A DNA stretch of 64,000 bases, from contig OX597834.1 in the NCBI GenBank assembly GCA_951406725.2, forward strand, positions 4,402,001-4,466,000. The letters are read 5' to 3'. The stretch's first letter is position 1. Each line of letters opens with the position of its first letter. The stretch comes from Octopus vulgaris. Lineage: Eukaryota. Below, in pieces: positions 1 through 55,251 of this stretch. The notes beneath the pieces are model-generated. The model had not been told where the DNA came from. It ran no database searches and saw nothing but the letters and a program-made list of their open reading frames with translations. The translations under genes and the position numbers were made by a program.

Positions 1-2370
1 AGACGGAAACTGAAAGAAGCCTGTCATATATATATATAAATAGGCACAGGAGTGGCTGTGTGGTAAGTAGCTTGCTTACCAACCACACGGTTCCAGGTTC
101 AGTCCCACTGCGTGGCAGCTTGGGCACGTGTCTTCTACTATAGCCTCAGGCTGACCAAAGCCTTGTGAGTGGATTTGGTAGACGGAAACTGAAAGAAGAC
201 CATCATATATATATATAAATAGGCACAGGAGTGGCTGTGTGGTAAGTAGCTTGCTAACCAACCACACGGTTCCAGGTTCAGTCCCACTGTGTGGCAGCTT
301 GGGCAAGTGTCTTCTACTATAGCCTCGGGCTGACCAAAGCCTTGTGAGTGGATTTGGTAGACGGAAACTGAAAGAAGACCATCATATATATATATAAATA
401 GGCGCAGGAGTGGCTGTGTGGTAAGTAGCTTGCTAACCAACCACACGGTTCCAGGTTCAGTCCCACTGCGTGGCAGCTTGGGCAAGTGTCTTCTACTATA
501 GCCTCGGGCTGACCAAAGCCTTGTGAGTGGATTTGGTAGACGGAAACTGAAAGAAGCCTGTCATATATATATATAAATAGGCACAGGAGTGGCTGTGTGG
601 TAAGTAGCTTGCTAACCAACCACATGGTTCCAGGTTCAGTCCCACTGCGTGGCAGCTTGGGCACGTGTCTTCTACTATAGCCTCGGGCTGACCAAAGCCT
701 TGTGAGTGGATTTGGTAGACGGAAACTGAAAGAAGCCTGTCATATATATATATAAATAGGCACAGGAGTGGCTGTGTGGTAAGTAGCTTGCTAACCAACC
801 ACACGGTTCCAGGTTCAGTCCCACTGCGTGGCAGCTTGGGCACGTGTCTTCTACTATAGCCTCGGGCTGACCAAAGCCTTGTGAGTGGATTTGGTAGACG
901 GAAACTGAAAGAAGCCTGTCATATATATATATAAATAGGCACAGGAGTGGCTGTGTGGTAAGTAGCTTGCTAACCAACCACATGGTTCCAGGTTCAGTCC
1001 CACTGCGTGGCAGCTTGGGCAAGTGTCTTCTACTATAGCCTCGGGCTGACCAAAGCCTTGTGAGTGGATTTGGTAGACGGAAACTGAAAGAAGACCATCA
1101 TATATATATATAAATAGGCACAGGAGTGGCTGTGTGGTAAGTAGCTTGCTAACCAACCACACGGTTCCAGGTTCAGTCCCACTGCGTGGCAGCTTGGGCA
1201 AGTGTCTTCTACTATAGCCTCGGGCTGACCAAAGCCTTGTGAGTGGATTTGGTAGACGGAAACTGAAAGAAGACCATCATATATATATATAAATAGGCAC
1301 AGGAGTGGCTGTGTGGTAAGTAGCTTGCTAACCAACCACACGGTTCCAGGTTCAGTCCCACTGCGTGGCAGCTTGGGCAAGTGTCTTCTACTATAGCCTC
1401 GGGCTGACCAAAGCCTTGTGAGTGGATTTGGTAGACGGAAACTGAAAGAAGACCATCATATATATATATAAATAGGCACAGGAGTGGCTGTGTGGTAAGT
1501 AGCTTGCTAACCAACCACACGGTTCCAGGTTCAGTCCCACTGCGTGGCAGCTTGGGCAAGTGTCTTCTACTATAGCCTCGGGCTGACCAAAGCCTTGTGA
1601 GTGGATTTGGTAGACGGAAACTGAAAGAAGACCATCATATATATATATAAATAGGCACAGGAGTGGCTGTGTGGTAAGTAGCTTGCTAACCAACCACACG
1701 GTTCCAGGTTCAGTCCCACTGTGTGGCAGCTTGGGCAAGTGTCTTCTACTATAGCCTCGGGCTGACCAAAGCCTTGTGAGTGGATTTGGTAGACGGAAAC
1801 TGAAAGAAGACCATCATATATATATATAAATAGGCACAGGAGTGGCTGTGTGGTAAGTAGCTTGCTAACCAACCACACGGTTCCAGGTTCAGTCCCACTG
1901 CGTGGCAGCTTGGGCAAGTGTCTTCTACTATAGCCTCGGGCTGACCAAAGCCTTGTGAGTGGATTTGGTAGACGGAAACTGAAAGAAGACCATCATATAT
2001 ATATATAAATAGGCACAGGAGTGGCTGTGTGGTAAGTAGCTTGCTAACCAACCACACGGTTCCAGGTTCAGTCCCACTGTGTGGCAGCTTGGGCAAGTGT
2101 CTTCTACTATAGCCTCGGGCTGACCAAAGCCTTGTGAGTGGATTTGGTAGACGGAAACTGAAAGAAGACCATCATATATATATACATATAGGTGCAGGAG
2201 TGGCTGTGTGGTAAGTAGCTTGCTAACCAACCACACGGTTCCAGGTTCAGTCCCACTGCGTGGCAGCTTGGGCACGTGTCTTCTACTATAGCCTCGGGCT
2301 GACCAAAGCCTTGTGAGTGGATTTGGTAGACGGAAACTGAAAGAAGCCTGTCATATATAGATATATATAT
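1..2370 (+). repeat. Tandem array of a 179-bp unit made from the 5' half of the major tRNA-headed SINE (family 1); 13 full heads plus a partial unit, runs off the left edge
   Basis: Heads at 43, 222, 401 ... 2191 (exact 179-nt period). Each unit has A-box-like TGGCTGTGTGG, B-box-like GGTTCAGTCC and a short (TA)n. The same sequence occurs as dispersed SINEs (e.g. 3560-3960). Confidence 0.95.
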
Positions 2371-2811
2371 GACATTGTGTAAAAGGGCTTAGTAAAATAA
2401 ATTACTTTGCCACATACTGAACTCATTAGAAATAGCAGCCAAAAAAGATTTTCTAGCCATTTCTAATACTTAAAGAAAATTTCTCTCAGATAGTGTTTAC
2501 TCAAAATAACCCACGAAGGTATGGGGGTAAAAACATTAAAAAATCACAAGTGCAAAGATTATTTGAGAACGTACGTTTCTAGATCAGCCAAATACAATTC
2601 GACATTTCTTTCGTCAGCCCAAAATTTCTTAATTCGGATTTGGAAACACTGAAAGTAGGAGCATACCCTTTTGGCGACTTTTCACCCCAGAAGATCCGTT
2701 CAAACTAACAGTGCCAACAAATTCAAAATATGTAAATGGTCCCTTTACATACTGAATACTTGGTGAAATTGATTAATAACTAATTAATTTTACCCTCAAT
2801 TGTTGAAATTA
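2371..2811 (-). mobile_element. Penelope-like terminal fragment inserted in the (TA)n of the last array unit
   Basis: Splits the SINE 5' half from its 3' half (2812-3046); carries a hammerhead motif; its right end resembles 15943-16010. Confidence 0.6.
2562..2623 (-). ncRNA. Minimal type-I hammerhead ribozyme motif
   Basis: Minus strand: tttggg CTGACGA a-aga..tct-a GAAA cgtacg TT ctcaaa; stem I has 6 bp including one G-U; palindromic stem III ACGTACGT. Confidence 0.7.
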
Positions 2812-3326
2812 TTTATATATATGTATATATATGTGTTTGTGTGTCTACGTTTGTCCCCCCAACATCGCTTGACAAACGATGCTGGTGTGTTTACGTTCCC
2901 GTTACTTAGCGGTTCGGCAAAAGAGACCGATAGAATAAGTACTAGGCTTACAAAGAATAAGTCCTGGGGTCAATTTGCTCGACTAGAAAGGTGGTGCTCC
3001 AGCATAGCCGCAGTCAAATGACTGAAACAAGTAAAAGAGTAAAGAGTATGTCACAAGGACAAAAGCGTAAACCAAAGCATGTATGATATGAATTCTGTCA
3101 ACTACATTTTAATTTAAAATGCTAGTGCAAAAAAAAAATTACTGAAGTGGATAATTTTTAAGATGTAAACAAAGCTTGTCTGTATGAAAAGACACTCAAG
3201 AAATAAACATTACATTGTTTCCGAAAGTAGTTAAAGGGTTCTCAGAATGACAATATACTTAAAATCCGAAACAGGACAAGGAATACAATGATAAACAATG
3301 AACAAAATGTTCGGATTAACAATCTT

Positions 3327-3327
3327 G

Positions 3328-3389
<62 letters not shown>

Positions 3390-3416
3390 TATCAGCAACA
3401 ACAACAACAGCAACAA
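3327..3416. repeat. (CAT)n(CAA/CAG)n microsatellite
   Basis: Direct reading. Confidence 0.95.
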
Positions 3417-3559
3417 ATGTTAAACAAAGAAGAATTCATTTTTTTTTTTTTTAGCGTTGAGACAATAAACATTATGAGAGGAGAAAGACAACAATGATTA
3501 AAAGAAAGGAAGAAACATGTTTAAAATGATTGTCAAAAAGGATAATAGACTTCTTTTGG

Positions 3560-3725
3560 CAAGAAGCGGCTGTGTGGTTAGTAGCTTGCTTACCAACCAC
3601 ATGGTTCCGGGTTCAGTCCCACTGCATGGCACCTTGGGCAAGTGTCTTCTACTATAGCCTCGGGCCGACCAAAGCTTTGTGAGTGGATTTGGTAGATGGA
3701 AACTGAAAGAAGCCCGTTGTATATG

Positions 3726-3760
<35 letters not shown>

Positions 3761-3960
3761 CTGTGTTTGTCCCCCCAACATCGCTTGACAACCAATGCTG
3801 ATGTGTTTACGTCCTTGTTACTTAGCGGTTCGGCAAAAGGGACCGATAGAATAAGTACTAAGCTTACAAAGAATAAGTCCCGGAGTCGATTTGCTCAACT
3901 AAAGGCGGTGCTCCATCATGGCCACGGTCACATGACTGAAACAAGTAAAAGAGAGTAAAG
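3560..3960 (+). mobile_element. Full-length family-1 SINE (tRNA-like head, internal TA/TG microsatellite, tail ...GACTGAAACAAGTAAAAGAG)
   Basis: Near-identical copies at about 19870-20317(-), 21050-21475(-), 23280-23690(-), 26810-27206(-), 31265-31670(-), 35250-35630(-), 36468-36817(+); partial copies at 21673, 22078, 31748, 42355, 48860, 63440. Confidence 0.9.
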
Positions 3961-4124
3961 GGAATAAAATCTACAACCTCATTAGCAGTCAACCATCAAT
4001 AATTAAGAGGAGGATGCAAGAACACACTGCCGAAACTATGAAAGTGAAGAAGAAGGAATCTCCTATAAAGAACATATCCAAATCCCCTGTCTACAAAGAA
4101 GAAATTCTTTACTGGACCAATATA

Positions 4125-4352
4125 TATTTCTTTACTTCCCACAAGGGACTAAACATAGAGGGGACAAACAAGGACAAAGGGATTAAGTCGATTACATCGA
4201 TCCCACTGCGAAACTGGTACTTTATTTATCGACCCCGAAAGGATGAAAGGCAAAGTCGACCTCGGCTGAATTTGGACTCAGAACGTAACGACAGACGAAA
4301 TACGGTTACGCATTTCGCCCGGCGTGCTAACGTTTCTGCCAGCTCGCCGCCC
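4125..4352 (-). mobile_element. Family-2 SINE monomer (head GGCGAGCTGGCAGAAACGTTAGC, core GCCTTTCATCCTTTCGGGGTCGATAAA, tail GAAATAGGTA)
   Basis: Other monomers or partial copies at about 10408-10550, 38338-38568, 42130-42330 and 51908-52145. Confidence 0.85.
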
Positions 4353-4964
4353 TATACTGGACCAATATACCAATATCCTTTCCAAATTCCTGCTTAAATA
4401 GAATAATTAACCAAAATATTACCAATTTGGAAAAGTCTGCCCTTAAATGTCTCCAAAACAATAAAACAATAGTTACCGAACAAATAAAGATGGTGCTATT
4501 GTCATAAAGGGGGCCGAATATTATTGGGGTGTATGAAGAACAGCTGAAGGATACAACTATACTTTGAATGGGTTCACAAAAAGCATTTGGCAAAATGACA
4601 GCCATTTCCCTCCAATGTTTATAGATGAAATATATGAGGTTGGAAAATGTGCCTCAGATGTTTTGGGTCATGTGATACTGTAATCTAGGTCAGGAAATAG
4701 GACACTAAAACTCTGCTTGTGAAGACCTGTTGAGGCAAGTGAAATCAAAATCAAAATCAAATTCGATGACTGGCGTCCGTGCTGGCAGGGTGCAAAGAGC
4801 ACCATACAAGTGTGATCATTGACAGAGCGGCTAACCGGCTTCAGTGCCAGTGGCACGTAAAAGGGCACCCTTCGAGCGTGATTGTTACCAGCATCGCCTT
4901 ACTGGCAGCTGTACCGTTGGCATGTGTAAAAAGATTCGAGCGAGGTCGTTGCCAGTAATGTGGC

Positions 4965-5390
4965 CTAAAAACAGGTTTGGCAACATTGGTACTCATTTGG
5001 TTCCCATGGCAACTTCACCGACTTTTTTGTAAAACTTTCCAAAAGCGGGAAACCATTTAAAGGTTAGGATGAGTTCAGCAAACTGGGGGAGTGGTAGTGT
5101 TGGGTACAAGCTGGGGCAGCAGATTAGGAAGTGTTTAAGGGCTAATGGGCTGCCTCTGTTGTTGGTGACCCTGTAAGGTTGTGTAATATCCATAGTGTAG
5201 AGAAGTTTTCAAGATTCAGACAGCAAAGAGAATGAGTAAAGTCGGATGAGGGCATGTTTTGTTATATTTAATATGTGAAAGTAATTTATTTTGTCAAGCT
5301 ATGTAGAGAGTTCAACATGTGGTTATAGAGAGAGATGATAGGGCAGGGATATTCATTATGCTAGCACCTGCCATGCAAGTACCAACTATT
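4965..5390 (-). mobile_element. Decayed Penelope-like reverse transcriptase fragment
   Basis: Translation MDIT..Y...ALKHFL...AELILTF..F..GKFYKKVGEVAMGTK..P..NLF matches the PLE RT core motifs (D..SLY, GxAMGT); frameshifted. Confidence 0.7.
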
Positions 5391-5902
5391 TGACCTCTTT
5401 GCAAATCCGATAGAACTGCCATTTTAGTGAATTTTAATTACCTTTTTCTGATGATATCTGAAAAGAAACAGCAATTTTAGCAAAACGTATTAAGCAACAC
5501 TAATAATAAATAAAAAAAACATAAAAATAAAAAAGCTTTTGATGGTTTTTATAGATATAATTCTTTAGTTAAATATGTTCAATGAGAATATTACATACTG
5601 AATTTACATTGAGTACTCTAATATATCAAAGTATTTATACTATTAATGTATTTATACATTTAATATGAGAGATTATATATTGTATAATATATTGTTATTA
5701 ATATCAGAAAATCAATATTAGAAAATTCTTTAGAAAGATATATACGTGTGTAGAATAATTGTTGTATTAAAAATGTAAATATATAAAATATATATATGTA
5801 AATATGTATAAATATAAATATATAATAATAAATATGACAGTTTAAAAGTTTTGAATTAAGTTTTTGAAGCATCTTACGATCGTCTCGCAGAAGTGCTGTC
5901 CC

Positions 5903-6375
5903 TATAATGGAATCCTATATTGATAAGAATTTATAGACAACACTTCTGCTCCTCAGAGATATAAAATATGAAATTTGTATAATTTATCGAATGGTAGTTT
6001 TTTAAAAAAATATAAAATAATATTGGAAAATGGTGTTTGAAATATAAATTAAAAATTACTGCTTTTGATTTTGGTAATTACACTTTAGTATGAGAGTCTT
6101 GAAATCCATATATGCCTCCTTGGTAAGTCTTCTCTTTTAATCCGTAATAATTATGTATATAATCCATTATATTGTCCTGTATTCCAGATATAGTTCTTAG
6201 ACATAGATAATATAGAATAATGGAATCCTATATTGATAAGCATTTATAAACAACTCTTCTGCTCTTCGGAAATATAAAATGTGAAATTCGTATAATTTGA
6301 CGAATGGTATTTTTTTTAAAATATGAAGTAATATGGAAAAATGGTGTTTGTTTGAAATATAAATTAAAATTTATT
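5903..6375. repeat. Local diverged direct duplication (about 155-nt block at about 5903 and 6217)
   Basis: TAATGGAATCCTATATTGATAAG...GAAATATAAATTAAAA occurs twice about 314 nt apart. Confidence 0.8.
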
Positions 6376-6461
6376 TTCTTGTATATGCTTGGGGATCGAT
6401 GAGGGGTTAAAGGTTCCATGAAGGGGTCGATGGTCTAAAACATTTGAAGACCACTGTACTA

Positions 6462-6893
6462 GAGCATAACAGACTGGACCTAGTGGGGATCAACAAGATG
6501 CACCACATGTGTTGTATAGTTGATGTTGCATGCCTCTTTGACCCATGAATAGTCAAGAAGGAAGGAAAAAAACAGATAAATACAACCCTCTTAAGTACAA
6601 AATATCCTGGCTTTGGAAAATGAAGGTGAAGACAGTGCCAATTATTGTTGGGTCCTTGGGGACAGTATCAGAAGGCATCAAAAGGAATATAAAGGAAATT
6701 AGAATAGAGTGCCCAGTAGAACTGTTACTAAAGGTTTGCCTCCTTGGCACGGCGAGAATCATCAGGAAAGTATTTGATAACTGAAAAGAATGGATAGCAC
6801 GGTACCGTAGGCTGCAGGTAGTAAGCCTGCTATGCATGCAAGACTCCAGGAGTTCCAAGAAAACCTGTGATAAAAAGAATAATAATAATAATT
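6462..6893 (+). mobile_element. 3' end of an R4/Dong-like non-LTR retrotransposon (restriction-like endonuclease domain) ending in (AAT)n
   Basis: DLV..N..C.IVDVAC.FD, KK.DKY.PLK, VPIIVGSLGTV, LLGTARIIRKV* followed by a short UTR and an AAT repeat. Confidence 0.8.
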
Positions 6894-7208
6894 ATACTAA
6901 TAATCAACATTCATACATGCATCCATGCCTACACCCAGCCACACTCATGTACCGGAATATTTGTGCCTTCATTGACTTGTTTTTAGTTCTATGGTCTATT
7001 GTGTCTGGTAGTAATTTTCATCTAACTACCAGAGAGAGAGAAAGAGAGACACTGTAAGGGTTGTATTGTCCCTTGCATAAAGGTTTTGCTTTTCCATTGG
7101 CACTGGACAGAAGGAAGAATGAAGTTTAGATGAACTCTGAACAGAAACAGCAACCAAGCAGAATGAAAGCTTGTCTTATATTGTTCTTAACCGAACTAGG
7201 TCAAGCTA

Positions 7209-7543
7209 GAATAAAAGATTGTTACTCCCTGATCAACCCTGACCCATATTGAATAAAAAATTGCTCCTCCCTGATCAGCCCTGACCCATATTGAATAAAA
7301 GATTGTTCCTCTCTGATCAACCCTGACCCATATTGAATAAAAGATTGTTCCTCTCTGATCAGCCCTGACCCATATTGAATAAAAGATTGTTCCTCCCTGA
7401 TCAGCCCTGACCCATATTGAATAAAAGATTGTTCCTCCCTGATCAGCCCTGACCCATATTGAATAAAAGATTGTTCCTCCCTGATCAGCCCTGACCCATA
7501 TTGAATAAAAAATTGCTCCTTCCTGATCAGCCCTGACCCATAT
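7209..7543. repeat. 42-bp minisatellite, about 8 copies (GAATAAAAGATTGTTCCTCCCTGATCAGCCCTGACCCATATT)
   Basis: Direct reading; head-to-tail units with no unique spacers. Confidence 0.92.
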
Positions 7544-7920
7544 TTAACTTGAGAAGGTCAAAGAAGTCAGTTGATTCCAATAGATTTCCTAGTGCATCAG
7601 GCTTGAACAATAGGTCAAGGACTTATAGGAAACAGTGGATTCGGGGGTTTTAAATTCTAGCTTAGAAAGTTGGTAGCTATTTGGTACATCACTCGCCATT
7701 GAGAGAATCTTGTAGGAATGTGCGTTATGTGAAAATTGAAGAACATTCAAAATTGGAAGAATTTCTAGTAGAATTGTGCCTGTTGTGGTAAGTGCCTTAA
7801 AACAAGTGCAGAAGCCAAGTGAGTCTGGCATTGTGGATGTGTATATTTATTGTAGGTAAGCAAGATGACACAGTGTAAAAGTCATGCTGGCGCATTGAGA
7901 CAGGCAAACTTTCTCTATAT

Positions 7921-8510
7921 ATACCTATTTCTTTATTACCCACAAGGGGCTAAACACAGAGAGGACAAACAAGGACAGACATAGGTATTAAGTCGATTAC
8001 ATCGACCCCAGTGCGTAACTGGTACTTATTTCATCGACCCCGAAGGGATGAAATGCAAAGTCAACCTCGGCGGAATTTGAACTCAGAACGTAGCGGCAGA
8101 CGAAATACCTATTTCTTTATTACCCACAAGGGGCTAAACACAGAGAGGACAAACAAGGACAGACATAGGTATTAAGTCGATTACATCGACCCCAGTGCGT
8201 AACTGGTACTTATTTCATCGACCCCGAAGGGATGAAAGGCAAAGTCGACCTCGGCGGAATTTGAACTCAGAACGTAGCGGCAGACGAAATACCTATTTCT
8301 TTACTACCCACAAGGGGCTAAACACAGAGAGGACAAACAAGGACAGACAAACGGATTAAGTCGATTACATCGACGCCAGTGCGTAACTGGTACTTATTTC
8401 ATCGACCCCGAAGGGATGAAAGGCAAAGTCGACCTTGGCGGAATTTGAACTCAGAACGTAGCGACAGACGAAATACCGCTAAGCATTTCGCCCGGCGAGC
8501 TAACGTTTCT
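7921..8510 (-). mobile_element. Family-2 SINE trimer (one head plus three about 183-nt bodies)
   Basis: TACCTATTTCTTTA...GCAGACGAAA repeated three times; head only at 8470-8510. Confidence 0.9.
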
Positions 8511-8809
8511 CTATATACACCACGACCACCCTGGGATCATACAGAAGTAAGTTGTGTCTGGAAATAAGGGCACAGGGAGCATGGTCAGCATTCCATAATT
8601 TGAAAAGACATCTGATGTGTGTTGCATCAGGAAAAGAGCCAATTAGGGACAGACATGGAAAACAAGTCAATGAAGGCAAAAGGTGAGAACTGTAGGACTA
8701 AACTCTTGAAATTAGCATCCAAACATGACCATTCGTCAAATCCTGAAACTAGAAATAAAATAGAAAGATTAACTGAGATTGAAACTACGTCTCTGTCTGT
8801 CTGTCTCTG

Positions 8810-8841
<32 letters not shown>

Positions 8842-9224
8842 CCAGCTGTCTGATGGAAAATCCTGGGATACTTATCTTATAGTCCACAGATACCTTCTAT
8901 TTGGTTAATATAACTCGGAACAGATCACAATACCTCTCGCTCGCACCTATATCCGATTAGGTGTTGCTCATAAACACGAATTCTCAAGTACCCTTTATAT
9001 TATTGTGAGCAAAAAATGTATTGTTTTCCAGCTATCTGCTCTGATCAGCTCATCTAATCAACGTACATGATCTATTGACGATCACGCCGTTTTTAGAACA
9101 AAACTATTTCTTTTCAAAACATATAAATATTTATTGCCTACACAATACACAAAAAGAACAGAGAGTCACTCCCTATGACAAACACTAGGAGTGTCACTAC
9201 TGGCGATTGCATTCACACGCATAC

Positions 9225-9229
9225 AGCAC

Positions 9230-9279
<50 letters not shown>

Positions 9280-9386
9280 CACGCACACATACACACACAC
9301 ACACACACAACCAGCCCAATCGTGTGTAGAAATGAAATAAAAAAAAAAAAAAAAAAAATGTAATTAGAGTGCGCGCGCACACACGT

Positions 9387-9420
<34 letters not shown>
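9225..9420. repeat. (CA)n tracts and poly-A immediately upstream of NOX exon 1
   Basis: Direct reading. Confidence 0.9.
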
Positions 9421-9425
<5 letters not shown>

Positions 9426-9531
9426 CATTCACACTTTCACAGAGGCAGACACACGTAGCAGGCTTTTTAAATATTCAACAGATTTTAATATAGCGCACTT
9501 GTCCCTTAATGCCCTCGGTCTTACCGTAAAA

Positions 9532-52434
<42,903 letters not shown>

Positions 52435-52822
52435 TTCGTCATCTGTGTCGTTTGTGTGTGCACGCACATGCATGTGTATATATATCTCATTCACATTTAG
52501 TAGTAGGTGAAGGTCAACCTTTATTTTCCACCACAGCTTCTGTCCCCTCTAGCTAATCCAGTTCTGGACCAAACTGAATGCAGTTAAATTCATTGAAAAG
52601 GACCTGTGTGTGCACTCAGTGAATTTTTGAAATATTATAATAGAAAATTGGCCACTTTTTTTTTTTTTTTTTTTCATCATTTAACGTCCGCTTTCCATGC
52701 TAGCATGGGTTAAAAAAAAAGGTTATGATAAAATTTGTGTTCAAAACCTGGGTGTATAACATATAGATGTAACTTCTAAGCAGTAAAGTTTTTTTATTTC
52801 TGATTTATTTTAATTGCACTTG

Positions 52823-52828
52823 AATAAA
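52823..52828 (+). promoter_or_regulatory. Candidate polyadenylation signal of the NOX gene
   Basis: First AATAAA I found downstream of the stop codon (about 390 nt away); other AATAAA sites exist further on, so its use is unproven. Confidence 0.35.
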
Positions 52829-52977
52829 AGAGCTCACTGAGAGAAACGAAGATCTGTTAACCACATCATGGTGGAACAGGAAAAAAACCAAAACCTTACA
52901 AGGCAAAATGTAGTCAAATAGGGCAAGGTAGTAACACCTGATATTGTCTTTAAATTGTTGTAGCTGTTATTTTAAGG

Positions 52978-53238
52978 CAGTGGTTCCCAAAGTGGGTGGT
53001 ACTGCCCCTCTGGGGGCTTTGAAGAATAATGGGGTGACGAAGACGGTGCAATGGATGTAAAAAACCCCAAACAAAACAAACAAAATAAAGGGTTAACTAG
53101 GTAAAGTTTTATTTGCGAAATACTGTTGTTTTGAATTAGCTACAGAAAATGGTCTATGTCTGTGATAGTGGTGGGGGCACCAGGAATGTGGCCTTAGAAC
53201 CAAGGGGGCAGCAACCTGAAAAAGTTTGGGAACCACTG
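52978..53238. mobile_element. hAT MITE
   Basis: CAGTGGTTCCCAAA ... TTTGGGAACCACTG with a perfect 8-bp TSD TTTTAAGG. Confidence 0.9.
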
Positions 53239-55216
53239 TTTTAAGGGATAATTTTCCTCAAAGCTTTCCTCAAAGATCTAAAGGAGAAGAATCTTACATA
53301 AGTTTATAGGGCAAAAAGTGGTCAAATCAGAAATGGAAACTAGCCTAAATTCGTATTTAAATCATCATAAATCTATTATTTTAGAAAAACAATTAGTATA
53401 ATTAAGCTTTTCTGAACAACCAATAGGACAGGAAACCAATACTGAAAACTGTACTAAATTTGTTACAGTAGGAAAAAAGCTATGAGGCAAAAAATGGTTA
53501 AAATTGAGGGTGATCTCTGGGGCACTAAACTGTAGTTACACCTATGTATATAGATGTAACTGTGAGTGTGTGTACAGAGATGTATGTAACCTCTCATCCA
53601 CATATACATAAACAGTGGTACCCAAGCAAAGTAGTGCTTGTTTGTCTCAGCAATTAGGGACAGTTGAAAAGTGGAAGAAATTGGGGGACATATTGTGCCT
53701 TCTAACCACTTTTATTTCATTTTTTTTCTTGGTATCCTGTGTTTTCAACCTGATGACAATTTTCAGCCATTCAAAACTTCAAACATGACCCCTTTCCCCA
53801 AAATTTCTGTTTTCACTTTTTCCAATTTTTTTTTTAATTCCACATAGGAAAAACTTGGAGATCATGAATCTGAAAAATAAATTTATTTTCAAAAATTTCA
53901 ATTATTTTTACCCCGCTTCCTAGCTTTCAGCATACCCACCTCACCCCCATACCAACATTCTACATGTTTTTAAATTCAATTGCTCATTTCTATGTGTATG
54001 GATGCTTGATATGCTTGAAATAACAGCCAACTTTCTGAAAGATCATTTTTTTCGAAAATTTCATTTTTTAAAATTCAATCCCTCATTCAGCAATCAGAAT
54101 AACAATTATTATTATTATGCATGCCTTGATGCCCGTTGAACCAGTAGATGAAATAAAACCCTTCCCTGACTTTTAGAATAATGATACCCACCCCACAGAA
54201 ATATGGAATGCATCGACACAGTTGTTCCCACTCCCCACTCCAACCAGCACTAAAATATTAATTAAATTCCACCCCCAACACCTGTGGTGTTCTTCAGGTG
54301 TTTCTCAAGAATGTGAAAATGGTTAGACTCCTTTGATACAAAACTAGTCGTCTCATTTACTCTACTGCTTCCAGACTGGCATCATTTAATTCATTTACTG
54401 CAGCCTTATTGGCATTTTCCTCCTTTGTCTTGGTTTATCCAAGGTATTTATATAAATTACTTTTTGTCAATAAATTCTCGTTAACTTTTTACTAAAGTTT
54501 CAACATTTTAAAAGTTCAATTTTTTTTTCATCTTGTATACATTTTGTGTTTTGAGTCAAAAGCAGCCATTTTTTGGTTGCAAAATGAGATTCCTGTAAAA
54601 AGAGTGGATTAGCAGAGAAAATGTGATAATCATCATCATCATCATCATCATCATCATTTAACGTCCGCTTTCCATGCTAGCATGGGTTGGACGATTTTGA
54701 CTAAGGGCTGGCGAACCAGATGGCTGCACCAGGCTCCAATCTTGATCAGGCAGAGTTTCTACAGCTGGATGCCCTTCCTAACGCCAACCACTCCGAGAGT
54801 GTAGTGGGTGCTTTTTACGTGCCACCGGCACAGGGGGCCAGTCAGGCAGTACTGGCAACGACCTTGCTCGAATCTTTTTACACACGCCACCGACACAGGT
54901 ACCAGTAAGGCAACGTTGGTAATGATCACACTTGAATGGTGCCTTTTATGTCCTACTGGCACGGAAGCTAGTTGGATGCTCTGGCAATGATCACACTCGG
55001 ATGGTGCTCTTAGCACCCTACTAGCACGGGCACAAGTGCTAGTAAGGCGACGCTGGTAACGATTACACTCGAATTTTGCCCTTTTACGTGCCACCGGCAT
55101 GGAAGCCAGTTAGCTGCTCTAGCAACGATCACGCTCGGATGGTGCTCTTAATATTCTTAATTAACTGAATATATAAATGTGTGTGGGTGTGTGTGTGTGT
55201 ATATATATATATATAA

Positions 55217-55250
<34 letters not shown>

Positions 55251-55251
<1 letters not shown>

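Noticed and set aside
76-2275. Series of 115-aa minus-strand ORFs (MPKLPRSGTEPG...)
   Set aside because: They are translations of the antisense strand of the SINE-derived 179-bp repeat; the same peptide appears at every dispersed SINE copy.
7209-7543. CRISPR-like appearance of 42-bp repeats (also the TTGTACTTC repeats at 62490-62985)
   Set aside because: There are no unique spacers and no cas genes, and the context is eukaryotic; these are ordinary minisatellites.
7589-7831. Possible hAT dimerisation-domain remnant (LSKLEFKTPEST)
   Set aside because: Similarity is too weak to support without a profile search.
9430-9531. TATA-like AT-rich motifs upstream of the NOX ATG
   Set aside because: Indistinguishable from background in AT-rich DNA; the transcription start and any 5' non-coding exon are unknown.
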